Position numbers and translations under genes: made by a program. A DNA stretch of 64,000 bases. Source: Eukaryota sp. GEM-RC1. Taxonomy: Eukaryota. The notes beneath the pieces were generated by a model. It worked only from the letters and a program-made list of their open reading frames with translations. It was not told where the DNA came from and did not search any database. Location: contig JAUFOQ010000005.1 in NCBI GenBank assembly GCA_040285855.1, positions 1,302,001-1,366,000 on the forward strand, written 5' to 3'. Of this stretch, positions 61,766 to 64,000 are shown in pieces; position 1 is the stretch's first letter; every line of letters begins with the position of its first letter.

Positions 61766-63387
61766 ATAGTTTTCATTAGTTTTAGATATAAACAGGTTCT
61801 TCTTTATAAAAAACAAGAAGGTGGTTGAAGTTTAGGAGAGTATACAAGACAAATATATCTAATGTTGAGTTACCTTTATTGCTGATTTAAAACAGCAGAA
61901 TGAAACTTTTCACTAGAGCAATTTCTGAAATATGTCACAACAGAAGTTTTACCAATGAACAACTCTTGTCAAAATATTTCAAAGGTTAATGTCAATCTTT
62001 TCGGTGTCTCAACTTTTTTGCTCGAAAGATGCTTTGAAAGCAGTCGTTTTGACTTGATGAAAAGTGTTAAATAAGCAAAATTTGCCGTGCTTGACTATTC
62101 TTATCTTTCTCCAATTAATTGTTTTTTGTACGGTCATATATACAGATACATTTTTGAGAGGAAGCCACAATACGATAAAAACAATATTCTTCTTGTTAAT
62201 GTAGAACATCTTGTGTTGATTTTGAAATTATTCTGCTCTTGAAACTACTGAACAGAAACAATTTGATCTTTATGGTGAACTAATTGTCCAGATGAATTCT
62301 GGTAGACACAATCCGTTTGTTATTTTCGCTTCATTTTCATTTTATTGTCATTTTGCTATTTCTCTTTAGCCCTGGGTAATCTGTCTAAATTTTTTTCAAC
62401 ACAATGGTTGTAATCAGCCCAGAAACTTCAAATGTTTGAAATCAGAAACAATCTACATAACAATGTCATTATAATTAAACAACCAGAAACTTGACCAATG
62501 GTATATCATCAGGTTGAACAAATTTCGACGTGTTGTCGACGTATTTAATGAAGAAAACAGACCTTATCGTTCTTGCTGTTCTGAGTGGATCTTGAAAAGT
62601 ACAACATACTTCTAGTTAAAGCATTATGATGTTAATTACTGTTATCACGAACTGTTCTCCAACTTGAGCTTTCTAAAAATACTTGATCAGGTCAACTCGA
62701 ACCGAAACAAATACTTCCAAAACAATTTCTGATACAGAATTTCTTTGCTATTTGGTTCCAAGAACAATTGGTGTATTGATTCTGTGTATTCAATTAGCCA
62801 TGTCAACCGCAAGCAATTTTGTTAACAACTGTAAAAGGGTCATTGTTCTCCTAAAGTTTTAAAAAAATGATTAAAGTGCAACAAATGGAACATAGTCTTT
62901 CATAAATTAGCAGTAAATGTACAGTTCAGGAAACTCAATTTCAAGACATTTGATCTCGTCCAACTACAGTTGAAGCTGTTTGCTAGTGGGTGGTCGGTAT
63001 TCATTGTAGCTGGAAACTGTGGAAGACAATTTTTCTGACAGCTACAGTCTTGCATTGAATTTATTGCAGAAACTAACTTATTGTGAACCGTTGCACGATG
63101 AGATTCACATCCCACCAAGAACTCAACACGGACTGTTGGAACAGTCAGTCATTATTTACATATTCAATGGAGTGACATACCATGAAGAAAAACAGTCTAT
63201 TACGGGTTGCCCAATGATAATAAATAATAGCATTTATTTTGAATCACAGAACAGAAGGAAATCTGCACTGACAACTATAATGTGATAACCATGTGACTAC
63301 ATCTCCGTCGGTTTGATGACATGTCTGAGGTTATCGATACTACTCTTCTAGTGACTAGAGAGTTCGGATGGAACCAGGAACCAAGAA

Positions 63388-63708
63388 ATGACAGACCTTA
63401 AGATTTATTTGAGAGATTCTGGTACAAGTACAGGAATGAGAATCGAACTAAGGGAACCCTCTGATTTAGAGTTTCTAAACTATTCTTCTTTATTTCCACG
63501 TACTAAGCAACTAGAAGTAGAAGTGCCGAGACAACGCACCTCTTTCTTTATGTTATCGATTGAAACGTTGAAAATCAATTCTACAATTACAAGTCTTGGA
63601 CTGTTCAGCAACTCTATTGGATTTGGAGGTGTTAGTGCTTTGGCAGATGCAATGAAAGTTAACACTAGACTTAAAATAGAGGGAGTAGAAGGTCTGAATA
63701 AGTCTTAA
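63388..63708 (+). pseudogene. Truncated LRR family remnant (single repeat)
   Basis: Paralog of 48770-48979 within a segmental duplication. Confidence 0.7.
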
Positions 63709-64000
63709 TCAGTTTTCGTAGAGTTTTTTTTATAAAACAGGTTCTTTTTTCTTTAAATATCAGCGTGTTGAAAGTCTGTGGGTTAAAAAAAATATTTCTC
63801 ATGTTTTTGATGTCTTTAATATACCTTGTTAATTTCAAGAATATAGTACAGTCTACCCTCCCATCATGGAACGCAAATGTTCCGTACCGCGGCGATTTTA
63901 GGCGTACCGTACCGTACGTACGTACGTCCGGTACAAGTACCGGTACTGTACCTTTGACCGACTAAATCATACGACTAATATTTTGAACATGATAATCCAA

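Noticed and set aside
1..64000. Stop-codon reassignment (TAA/TAG to Gln, or TGA sense)
   Set aside because: Conserved genes end at TAA, TAG and TGA at expected positions, and the breaks need a frame change rather than readthrough.

Overview
AT-rich, gene-dense nuclear DNA of a unicellular eukaryote. It is probably an anaerobic, metamonad-like protist; this is inferred from a PPi-type PEP carboxykinase, 28-33 nt spliceosomal introns with the branch point fused to the 3' splice site, and very short intergenic regions. Recognisable genes are a TBC1D20/Gyp8 Rab-GAP, PPi-PEPCK, an initiator-type tRNA-Met, two inverted copies of protein disulfide isomerase, a BPI/LBP lipid-binding protein, Spt5 head-to-head with an oxysterol-binding protein, several unknown proteins and an expanded family of RI/NLRC3-type LRR genes. 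Intergenic DNA is full of small TIR elements with target-site duplications (hAT-type MITEs, a Mutator derivative) and fragments of an RLE-type non-LTR retrotransposon. The most striking signal is a set of eight +1 reading-frame breaks in six otherwise intact host genes, two of them in the essential Spt5, none explained by a consensus intron. Only one -1 break was found. This is either widespread +1 recoding (ribosomal frameshifting or single-base editing) or an insertion-biased assembly error, and the sequence alone cannot decide. Second is the LRR family, built from 84-bp modules with a hypervariable residue pair, variable copy number and apparent module exchange between paralogs.
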